NCBI GenBank assembly: GCA_012295275.1
Contig: CM022670.1
Span: forward strand, 16,988,001 to 17,052,000
Reading direction: 5' to 3'
Source of the DNA: Chrysomallon squamiferum
Lineage: Eukaryota; Animalia; Mollusca
DNA: 64,000 nucleotides
The notes under the pieces were generated by a model. That model saw only the letters and a list, made by a program, of their open reading frames with translations, was not told where the DNA came from and did no database searches. Made by a program: the position numbers and the translations under genes. Positions within the stretch are counted from its first letter, which is position 1. Each line of letters begins with the position of its first letter. This document shows positions 11,756-24,100 of this stretch, one piece after another.

Positions 11756-14725
11756 TTAGTATACAGGCCACCTGGGACTTTTTTCACAGATGTAATATTC
11801 ACTTCTGTCACAGTGTATATTATGCCAGCTGAAGTAATGATCTCTGTGCATCCCGAAACATAATTCTTCTTCTTTGTCGGGTTCAGGGTTAAAGGGATGT
11901 GTGGATTTATCCCAGTCATTAAAAATTCCAACAGGCAAAGCTTTCCGATCCAGCCACTGGAAGGCATATCCTCCAGTAAAAGCATGACCACCCAAGTAAT
12001 AAATACGACCTGAAATTTTATTATTTTTGTTTTGTAAAATGCTTTTCTTTCTTACATTTCTTTCCTTGATATTTTTGTTTACTTATATATTTATCATCAT
12101 TTTAATATTGATCATTATATCATCGTCGTCATTGTTATTATTATCAGTAATATTATTGTTAAATACTGAATTAAATTTTAAAAATTAAAAACGTAGAATA
12201 AACTTAAAGACTGCAAATGATGGTAATAATATGCGGTGTAGCTGGGGGAAAGCTGCTTAAAATTAAACTCATTTGTTCAGAACACTGCACGTACCACTTG
12301 TTTTACCCAGCGATTTCAGACCAGATTTTAAAAATTTTAAGTTTTTGTATGCTGTCCACAATGGCAAGATCCGCTCCAAGTGTTCGACACATTTCCTAAT
12401 AAAAACAAATGTACTCACGTTGTTAATTCATTAATTAATATTACTACGATGTTGTTTTAAATTTTTACATATTTAATTTAATTTAATTTTTATTTTCAAA
12501 TTAAATTTTTAAATTTTATTTTATATTTTTTTCTTTCTTAAATTAATAAAAAGTTATTTCATAGTTTACATTAAGCAATAACGTAGGAATAATTTTCATT
12601 CATTTAATCAACATAATAAAGTAATAATATATGTAATTTTCTAAGAAGTGAGCACTGGAAGATGTCTAAGAACTGCTAATGAAATGTGTATTTCTACATT
12701 TGACAGACTAATCTACGTTCTACTTACTCGTGCCTGAAACCAGTTCCCCGCCTTAGTGGACGAGTAGTAGTAACAAAATTTATCAAGTGCCACAAATTCT
12801 GAAGGACATTCAACTGAAATGAACATTTTTATTAGAATTAATTTGTATTTTAGGTATACTGAAAAATAAATCTCACAAAATTGCTTTAACACTTAAAATA
12901 CAGGTTGAAGATCCCTTGTCCGAAATACTTTGCGCAGGAAGTGTTTTGAATTTTGGAATGTTTCGGATACTTCCGTTTGTATTTTATATGCAGCTTATAC
13001 ACATAGCCTGTTGGATAATTTTATATATTTTAAAATAATTTCGTTCATGGAATAAAATTTGAACGTGCTAAACCATCTGAAAACTGTAAGATATCAACAT
13101 TTCGATTACTCGGACTTGGAACTTTCCGGATTTCCGGATTTCGGATACGATATCCTCAGTCAGTAACAAACGTTTTAAACGTCATTGCAAATTCCAATCA
13201 TAGTAAACGTGTACTAAATAATGATCCAACAACAACAAATATTAATTTTATTCCTAATAACTTCCAAACTAAACACTCATGTCAAAACTCTACTTTGGCT
13301 AACAGTTAAGACGTTGGCAATACCAAAATTCTTACCCACCACTTTTCAAAATGACTTCTGTGTGACTTATCATTTGATATATTTGTAAGGGAATGCAAAC
13401 GTTCGTTAACTTACAAAATTCTTCTCCATTCACTATAACTTCACAAAGCATCAAAGCATCACAGTGAGTTTTAAATCGCTTTACGATTTTCAAATAACGA
13501 CCTTTCGTTGGACGTTTGCACACAAATGTTGTGTCTTTGCCCGAAGGTATAGGGTTAGGACCTTGTTCTGCACACAACACTGGAACTTCACCACTCGAGG
13601 GGTGAGTTTCATATATATTGATTTTAAAGCTTCTCATTCGACCACCTATATATATAAAAATTAATGTAAAAATTAAACATGAAATGAGAGCATAAGAAGC
13701 AATGCGAGAGACAGAGAAGAAATAAGATATACATTTATTCGCATTTAATAAACAATCCTATAAATAGCATCAAGTAAATATTTTATGTTAAGGCTGAGCA
13801 TCATTTTTTTTTCTTTTTTTTTTTTTCATTTTTTAAATCATTTAATATGTTTCTTTTTAATATATATATTTTACCGAATAGTGTGTCTTAAATATGCTAC
13901 AGCCATCCAGAGATTTAACTAAACGATATTTATAATAATTCGTGGACAAAAAAAAAGAGCGAGAATAAAACATCTTTACTCTGAGCATCTTTCTACTTTG
14001 GATTTAAAATGTAAGCCTGAGTTTCTTAAATATATTTTTGCTTAAAAACGTACTTACTTGCGCCGTTTTGATTGGCTATTGTCACCGAACTGATTACAAA
14101 CATCTCCCCTAGATCCACCATCCACCACGGCGATTTATCTCCGCAAGAAGTGTGCGCGCAACTTCCTCTAGTGAAATCCTTCTCGGGATTTCCGTCTACC
14201 GCTTTACTTGCGACGCTGTCTCCGTACAGTGAACTCTGAGTTGCTGGTTTTCCAACGGCTACGTTATACAGAGCTACAAATGTAATGTTATATTTTCAGT
14301 AATAATGTGCTGTCGATATATATATATATATATATTTATATATCAATGTATTGTTCAAACATAAAGTAAATAAAGTTTTGCTTTACGTTTAAACATTGAT
14401 GATATCTGAAATGTTTAAAGTTGAAATCTGTTTGACTAAAATAAATATTGCTTTTGGTAGTAATAAAAAATAATAATAATAATAACAATTCGGGAATAGG
14501 ATGAGTCTATAAGATATCTTCTTCCCTTTTTCAATAATTAAGTTTAATTGTATTTCATATATAAAAAACGACTCGGGGGGGGGGAAACAAATGCCCCAAC
14601 AGAGGTATTCTGAGTGAAAAATTTTATTAAAATTTTTACTTCTTTTACGTATCAAACATGAAAAACAAATGTTTACCTTTTGTTGTTGGAATTAATGTAA
14701 CCACGTATAGAATGAATCGAAACAT
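11756..14725 (-). CDS. Secreted F-type lectin + C-type lectin chimeric protein (~311 aa); one apparent 1-nt insertion
   Basis: Exons: 14725-14677 (signal peptide MFRFILYVVTLIPTTKA); 14273-14058 and 13645-13415 (fucolectin domain: NVAVGKPATQSS..ASKAVDGN..CAHT..PWWMVDLG..GRYLKI..LMLCEVIV); 12813-12728, 12395-12295 and 12009-11756 (C-type lectin: CPSEF..FCYYY..WFQAREMCRTLGADLA..EPD..C..WHNIHC..YICE). Exon 12395-12295 is 101 nt but the phases need 100 nt; the extra base lies in the A/T runs at about 12326-12340. Confidence 0.88.
12901..13163 (+). mobile_element. Tigger/pogo-like MITE, copy 1 (lectin intron)
   Basis: 263 bp, flanked by TA on both sides. Degenerate terminal inverted repeats CAGGTTGAAGATCCCTTGTCCGAAA ... 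TTTCGGATACGATATCCTCAGTCAG, with internal TTTC(C)GGA motifs. A related copy lies at 19254-19517. Confidence 0.75.
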
Positions 14726-14941
14726 CTGTAAACTGACATATATAAAGGTCAGTAGAAAAGGAAGTAGTACTTCTAGTAGTAGTAGGTTTAGTAAAGCAGT
14801 AATAGTAGTAGAAGCCGATGAACAATGACGATGATTAATTGATACTACACCTTTTTAAAATATTAAAAAAAAAAATGAGATAAAAAAAAAAGAAAAGAAA
14901 AAAGAAACGAAACAAAACAAAAATTATTATTATTATTATTA

Positions 14942-14973
<32 letters not shown>

Positions 14974-15395
14974 GAATTAACGACTCCATTAATTAAATAT
15001 ATTTCCAATTTATTCAAATTTCTAAGCTGATAAAGTGTCTTTTTACATTATTTTTTATGGATATAAGATGCCATGGATGGCATGCTTAAAGAAAAAACCC
15101 ATTATATATTCAACTATTTATAAACTATACTAGTGATATTTTATAAGTATTAAATTCGTGGTAAAATGCCATATATATATGACACATTACCATATATATA
15201 TGTAGACACACACACACACACACACGCACACATATATAAAGACATGTATTTAATATACCTATGGTGCTCCGAATAAAACTGATGATAATAAAATGCTTTA
15301 TACTCTTCTTCCAATTATATTATTTTAACATAACTCATAAAAGAATCAGACAATAAAATAATATGTTTAAAAAATACTAATAAAAAAATAAAAGG

Positions 15396-15469
<74 letters not shown>

Positions 15470-17059
15470 TTGTTTGTTTGTTTGTTTCTGACATTTGAAG
15501 AATTCTAAGAAGTTACACTCAAAACCAAATAACAAAGACACTTTATGCAGAATTAATATGTGATATGGACAATTTGTTCGATGGCGAAATATATATTTTG
15601 CATAGATCAACCGGTTATAATCATTCATTACATGCTAAATAAAAAAACACTTTAAAACGTTATTTTAAGAGATAAGTTGCCTATTCTGTATCATCACCAA
15701 TAAACTTAATCGACTAAAATAATATATGTCAACACCTGTAATGACGTGATATTGGTTAAAATACCTTCGTATATGATAACTTATTAAACAGAACATTTGT
15801 TGCTTTGGACTGCTGTCATCACTGAATCAAAATAAAGTAAGTAAACACTTCCATTACGTCACAAACCGACGTCAAAAGCAATATGTGTGTGTTTATGATA
15901 ATCTCCAGGGAGACGGGCTTTTTCCATTTCTGCCAGATTCAGGTTTTCTTATTCTCGTTTCATGAAAGTCATCACAGTTGTATTTATATTATTGAAGAAA
16001 ATAACTCAAAAGTTGCAGGTGCAGCATAAATAGTAATATATTGTATTAATATGCCTATCAGCTAAGAGACTATTAGTCCTGACATGGACGAAATAATCGC
16101 CAGTATAATTTGCACGACCACTATTAGCCTGTACCATATGTTATAACTTGGCCCTGAATTTAAAACAAGAACACACTGATGAAACTACTGTCACTGGGAA
16201 GCTAATTTTTCACGTGCATATGTTTATCTTTTCTATCTGTTTCAAATGATCATAGAGACAAGTTGGCTATGGATAGTTAATGTATTTGTCTCATGATATT
16301 TTCAAGCGAACAGGACCTTTGGTACAGATGAACTGATATATTATCAGTGATCATTCGTACGACTAAAATGTTCACAAATTGGATTTGCCTATTAAATTTC
16401 AACTCAAACCTATTCATTCTACTACTGTACTGGTCTAGTGATTCTGTTTAGTAAACAAAGCTTCATAGTAGTATCTGAGCATACCAGCCACGAGAATTGA
16501 TTTGAACTGTAAGATGCACAGTAACACAGTCGTGATGGAAGAAAACGACATTATTCAAAATATGTTCCTCTGTAACCGAAACAAGTTTAGGAAGCGGTGA
16601 CGATCTATTTTTGAAAACTTTTTTGACTTTCGGATTAGTTATTGTTTATGAAGCAGAATTAAATGAATAAGTAAAAAGCCATATACTTTTCCAAAAATAA
16701 ATCAGCACCGCTCACTACTTGACTTATAAGCGTTATTTTGGACATTTATTATTATATATATATTTTTTTTTTTTTGGCTTGAACACTGGTGAAAACAATA
16801 TACAAATGGGTGTAATGTGTACGCGAGGACGTCGTCGCTTAGTGATCGGTCACGTTCCATTTACAGTGGAGTGCGCTTCAAAATGAGTGTGGTAGGTGAT
16901 TATTTTCTCCAGTTTTTTTATCTGCTACTTCAAATTCAGTCTATTAGTGTCTTACAGCATTTTTTCAAAAAATAATCAGTTTATTGTATTTACAGAACGG
17001 CACACGAGAATCAGCTGGCCACATACATTTCTTGCTCTATATTATAAACTGCTTGAATT

Positions 17060-17186
17060 CTTCAGGACTTACCTATCAGATTGAAAATGGCTGCCAGTTA
17101 AAGACAGTAGGTGACCGCAGTCATTAACTGAAAAAATAATTAGGAAAAACATGGATATATAGAGTGATCAGCACTATGCAGTAAGT
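17060..17186. promoter_or_regulatory. Putative promoter / first-exon region of the giant gene, possibly bidirectional
   Basis: YY1-like AAAATGGCTGCC at 17084-17095. Plus-strand ATGCA|GTAAGT at 17176-17186 splices in frame to exon 2. A minus-strand perfect donor AG|GTAAGT lies at 17074-17067. Confidence 0.4.
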
Positions 17187-17389
17187 GTCAGAAGTTTGTT
17201 GACATTGTATATTATATGTGTCCATCTTCTCAGCGTTAAAGGGATTAAAATAAAATTACTTATCTTTCTAATATTTCATTAACTTATTGTGATTAAAACG
17301 AATTAATTTGCATTTAAAACCAATTGTACTGTTCTATTTCTTAAATTCTGAATGATAGTAATTTGATCTGATAAAGTATGAACATTTTA

Positions 17390-17436
<47 letters not shown>

Positions 17437-17769
17437 AAAAAGTCCTAACAAGACTTAGCCTTTGTCCTGTAACTTGTAACTAAATTGGGTTATTTTATAC
17501 CGACTATATTATTATACCAGTGACATTTTTGTGTGCATATATGTGTGGTGCCAGTTTTTAGAAGTATCCATCTATTTAAGATTTAGATTTCAGTCTGATA
17601 TTTGATTATTCTTTTTTATATATATATATATAGGAGCTATATTTATAATATAAAGACATCAGATGGCACACAGGCGTATCTGTATCAGAGAGGCTTTTTA
17701 AGATTAAGCTTAAGTGACCATATCTCTCTGTGTTATTGTACAAAATGAGAATATATATATATAATATAC

Positions 17770-17802
<33 letters not shown>

Positions 17803-17997
17803 TGTGTTTGTGTGTGTGATGAAACATCTTTAACCTTTGAGACCATTTCATGTTCATTATTTATGCATGTACCTTTTCATAAGTTATTAATAATTTGTTC
17901 TGTTTATTTACTTATTTATTTATTTTCTTCGTTTTGATTTGTTGTTTTGTTTTAAAAATCAAATCACCATCCAACCAAATACTGTAAATTAGCAAAA

Positions 17998-18079
<82 letters not shown>

Positions 18080-21000
18080 AAATATAATTGTAACTGTTAT
18101 GCATATCTAAACATTAATACGTTTGGCGTTAAGCGTTAGTCTATGAAAGTAAATTTTAAAGTACTTTTAAATATTCCAAGGCAGATTCTTCAGTAAGTTA
18201 TGCCTTTTGTCTAAATGAAGCTGAAAATGTCTGTTTCATGGAAAACATTATGTCCAGCGCTCATTAAAGTTTTGAGGATCTCTCCAAATTGTGGGATCCG
18301 ATATATGATACTTTTGCTACAAGGTTAATCTTTTTTTTTTTTTTTTTTAAATATTTTAAAATTAATTAATTAACTATTGTTACTATTTTCATTTCATTTA
18401 TTATTATAGTTGTTGTTGTTGTTGTTGTTGTTATCGTAGATTTGCCAAGGACTATGATACTAACAACGTAGGCCAGTATGTTTTCTCTTCGTCGCCAAAG
18501 CTTCCAAGGGAGAAAACTCCGGACATACTTATCAAGTTCCAGGCGATTAGTACCGAACAACCGTCCATTGTGAGTAAAACTTTTGATCTCAACTCAAGAA
18601 GCACACTCGCAGAAGTGAGACGAAAAATCCATTCGACATTCGCTTCATATTTCGAGAAAGGTTTTATTTTTCTGCATAAGAACAGCGAGGTTCGTCGATC
18701 ACAGGAAAGAAATATAAGCGTCTTCGACATTCTGCCAAAAGTACCTGAACGAGACTTGAATCCTTCATTCGTATTTCGAGATGTTCAATACAAACAGGTT
18801 AATAATAATAATAATAATCGTAATATGGGATAATGTTTTGTGTAGTTAATTTTTAAATGTTTATTAATCAGTCACTGTGACTCAGGGATTGGTGTCAGTG
18901 ACAGTGATTTTTATTCTTTTAATTTTTAAAGTGTTTTTAATTTATTATTAATAATTATTATTATTATTATTTTTTTTTTTCTTATTATTATTTGTTTATT
19001 TTTATATTTATTTTTTTAAAGATTCCATTTGAAAAAGATGGCCGCCGTTTCTGGTCTAGATGTATTGGATTGGTTTATCTGTTTGAAGACAGTGGGCTCA
19101 GGCAATGGTCACCGGAAGACCTGAATGCCGCCTTAAACGGAGAAGTAACAGATGCCTTCTCGTTTATTCCATTTGCTGTTAACAGTTACTTTCCAGACAA
19201 TTCAGGTATATTTCATAGAAAACATTTCTAATTGTATCAGAAGAATGTTATTACAAATTGAGGATCCCTTATCCAAAAGTACAGCAGAAATAGTGATATC
19301 TTACAGTTTTCGGATTGCTTTTGCAAACACAAAATTTATATTTACATAAAAGATATTATTAAAAAACATCCTGTGGACTATTTCTGTTAGCTGTATAAGA
19401 AATATAAATGGAATTCCTTTTTTAAGACATGGATCCTCTTACCAGGCCACCACCTTTTATTACAAAATCTGATACAGTTTCAGTCCCAATCATTTCATAT
19501 AAAGGATTCCAAATCAGTATTATTATTATTATTCTTATCGTTCAGTTTTTACTATATATATAAATAAATATTTCTTTTTTTTTATTTCTACATTTGTTCA
19601 TGACTAAACCAATCAATAAAATGTGTTTATTTTTATCTCTGTTTTTTACTTTTTTTAAAAGCACAATCACTATTTTCTTTTGATGCACCATTATCATATA
19701 TTTTTAATAGTTTGTTTTCAACATCACAAACATTTTGTAAACTGTTCATGACTAATCAGAAATAGTAATGATAACAAAAGTATCTTTGATGTAATATATT
19801 TTTAAATTTAATTTCATGGCAAATTACCAAACTAAATGACAACAAGAAGGAAGAATTGTTGATTTTACAAGTTGACAACTGAATCTCTATAATCTTTTTA
19901 TATCTGCACATAAAAAAAAACCCATGAAATACTCTGCTGACAAGTGATAGACTTACACTGCAAGATTACCAGGATTTCTTACCTGAAGATATGTTATGTG
20001 CTCATCATATCGGTTTTAAAATATATGTTATATTGTAAAACTTATAATTACTTATTTCAGCATTTACTAATTTTATCAACAGTTAGTGAGAGGTAGATAT
20101 TAATTTATGACAAGCACAAAAACTGTTAATAGATCATTTTGTAGGCACATCTGAAAAGTTATTTCCAGACTTGAATCTATGCATTAAATTTGAAATATTG
20201 ACCAAATAACATAAAAGATAATTTGAATCATCAGTTTTTTATCTAAACATAAATATTCTTTGACTAATTATAAATAAATATAAAAAATTAAATTGAAAGT
20301 ATAAAATAACATTTTAAATGATTAAATAACATCAGAAATTAAATAACAATAATAAAAAAAACTACAAAATAAATAAACTAATTCACTTAAATTTTAAATT
20401 ATTATTATCTGAAGTGTGAGGTCATTTCAAATCAGAAAAATCTAGTTATTTTGATAATTTTTTAATTGCCACTGATTATAAAACACTTGAACTGCTGGGA
20501 TATAATATTTTACAAACTGTTTTAAAGGTACATTGTATAGCTGAAATTATTTGACAACAACAACAACAACAATAATAAGAGAGCCTATAAAATATGTTGA
20601 AAGTAAACCAGGTTTGAACAAATATATATTATTTGTTTGGAACATGACAGAACAATAATTTGTGATTTAAAACTTCAAACAAGATAAAATCATACATTTC
20701 TCCAAAACTTATGACTGTTTCGTTAACAAACATGATAAAAAGGTTTTATCCCATGGTACACAGGTTTCATTAAGTAAAGAGTTGAAACTTATGTCAATAT
20801 GTTAACAGTAAAAAACTGAAAGATTGAAGCCACAGTGTTTTATATACTTCATCACCAAAATTCTTCGATTATTCAGCCATGGTAATTGGTCTGCCTTCTT
20901 CTCAATTTCTAGACTTGTTTTCCTATATTTGTTTGGTTTCTGAAGTAATGAATTTATTTATAAATTATCCACTGTCAAATTAAAGTTAAAATTAACTTAT

Positions 21001-21120
21001 TTATGTGTTATAAAGCTCTATATTTTATACAATTGTTATTTACAACTTCCATTTTACTGAAGTGTGTGTGTATGTATCCATTTTCATGTGTATATGTATA
21101 TATGCATTTGTATATGGGCA

Positions 21121-21151
<31 letters not shown>

Positions 21152-24100
21152 ACATGTGCATAGGTATGTGTGTGCGTGAGAAGTTAAAAGAATGTGGCAT
21201 TAGATCACTGGTAGATCACACTCTAGAAACAATTGTTCAGTTGACCTGTACTCCTTCCTACATTTATTTTTCAGTATAACTAGATCTCATTGAATAACAA
21301 AGGTTGTTCTGTAAAAGGTCTCTATTTGTTAACAGGTAACACTACAGAACAGTGTATTTATTTCACCACTAAAATACCATTATAACACTAGACATGACAC
21401 ACCTAATATATTAAAATTAATTCTTAAATAAATATTTTTTTTATTTATTTAGTTAGTTGGTTAAAATTAGGCTTTCCTTTTTAGCTGCTATTTGTATCTC
21501 CATCTTGGTTTCTATGAAAATTATATATTTTTTATTTAGGTGAATATTTTCATGTCAATCTTGAAGTGAATCATATGCTAAAATTACAAAGATACATTGA
21601 TAGACAGATATTATATTTAAAATCATACCTTTTTTTAAAAAAATGAATCAAGTCAATTTTAACGAACAAACATAATTAACAACAAACAAACTGGCTGGAT
21701 TTGTCTGTTTATTTTTTTACCTGCTGCATTTAATTTTTCTTCACCATCTGGTGAGAGAATTTTTTTTTATAAAGATTGGCACTAAATGATAAACATGTCA
21801 TGCCTGGGATCACTGGTTGACAGAAATCAAAAATGTGGTCAGCAACCAGGGCCTGGTACCTACTAATGGGTGTTTGATTGAGTATGGAGGGAGCTAAACC
21901 TTTTTCTTTTTCTTTAATATGTCATAATTATATGTTATAATCCACAAATTAATGGATTACCTTAAAACTGAAGAACTTTTGTTTCTCTTTTATCTTTTTC
22001 AGAATTGGAGTAGTTAAATTTTTTGACATAAAACTTTTATGATGAATTAATTAAACTTTTATTTAAACTTTAATAAATATAGTCCATTAATTCTAAAATT
22101 ATTGGGAGTTTGGTAGATATTCCAGCTTCACAATGTTAAAAAAATGTTATAGAAAGAAAGGTAGCTGGAGAACTGTTCTAGCATTTTAGTAAGCACAGAT
22201 GTCTTACCCTTTTTCATTTAACAGTTAAATTGTAACATACTTCACATATCATGTAATTTAGTTCTGTTTAATTTTATTCTGTAAAGCTGTGTAAATTCTG
22301 TTCCAGTACCAGTATTTCTAATATTTCTTAATAGTGTCAGTTTTTATATTTGTTTTAATGTCTAACATGAATTTTCATTAGATGTTCCAGTAGATCAGTT
22401 GAACTGTGCAGCTTCTCTGGGAGATACTGCAATTCTTCGTGATATTCTACACAAACTTCCAAATGAGGCAGATGCTCGTACGCTGAGAGATTACCGACAG
22501 GCCACACCTCTACACTATGCTGCACATTCAGGTCAGCTGGACATCTGTGAATTGTTGATTGGTCAGTTTGGACGATCTCTGATTTACATGAAAGATATGA
22601 ATAAGCGCACACCACTGCACAGTGCTCTTAATTTTAACAAACTGGATGTGGTTGTTTACCTTTTACAACTCAATCCTGCTTTGGACTGTCTGGATGTACA
22701 TGGACTCAGCTGTAGACAAATTCTTTACACTCTGAGTAATAAATCTACATTGTATATTTTACCTAGACTTGATCCTGGTCTTCTTGATGAAACCTTTGTC
22801 TTACATTTCACCTGCTACACAATTCAGTTAAAAATGAAAAAATTAGCAAAAATCTACTGTCAGCATCTCGTTCCTTTTGAGACTTCATTTTACAGATTTC
22901 TTCTTCATTTGGCAGCAGAATTAGGTGATGAAGAAATCATCAAGATTCTGTTAAAAGAAAATATGTCTGAACAGAAGTCAACAGATGATAATAAAGCTGT
23001 CGTATCAGGTCATGATCGAGGGATCAAAGATCCTGATGGACATCTGCCTTTCCATTATGCTTGCCAGCATGGACATGCCAATATTGTTCCATTACTTTAC
23101 TTTGAAAGTATGAGCAATGATGATTTTGTCAAGGGCATTCATTTGGCAGTGTCATGGAAGAGATATGAAGTTCTGAAGCTATTGCCAACTTTGAGAGAAA
23201 CCTTTCAGATCACAAATACAACAAAAGAATTGCTGATTAAAGAAGGAGAATCAGATTTTTCAAATCTTGCAAGGTATCATATTCCTTGTTTGAAAAATGA
23301 AAAACATTTGCTCTATAGATTTCTTTCACAAGCAGCATATCATGGTGATACAGAAATGATGAAATGGTTACTTGACCAAGGAGTTGAAATTGATCTGAAA
23401 GATTTCATGGGCAGAACAGCATTGCACGAAGCTGTCCAGTCAAATCATGATGAATCTGTAAAGATGCTGCTGGAGAAAGGAGCTAATCCAAATATAGGTG
23501 ACTGGCAAAAGTCCACACCACTGCATTATGCATGTTATTTAGGTCATCAGAAAACTGTCATGTTATTACTGAAGTGTGACAATATCAATCCAGCACTTCA
23601 AGATTCAAGTGGAAGGACTCCTGTTATGGTAGCAGCAAGAAGGAAACATGATAAACTAATGGACTATCTTATTCAAAACCATTTGGAACAAATGAATCCT
23701 AAAGCAGCTGATGTCACTGGTCACACCTTGCTATACTATATTCCACTTTTACATGAGAAAATAGCAGAATCACTAATAAAAAGGATTTCAACAATCTCGG
23801 AACAGCCCATTATTAAGTGCTAAACAAGAGAAAAGCTCTCAAGTGGTCAATCTTACAGAAATTTGGTCAGACTGGTCTCAGATCAGTCCTGACATCCCTT
23901 GTCCAGTGACTAGAAAACCAAAAAAGAATTCTATTACTGCTACACTTAAGAAGTGTACAGTATGTAGCAAGACTTGGACAGAATTTGGGAACCGACAGAG
24001 GTAAATGACCTTTTTATTTAATTTATTTATTTGGTGTTTAATTCATATTTAAATAGACTTTAATTAACCAGTACAAATTGTAACTGAATATATTTTGTTT

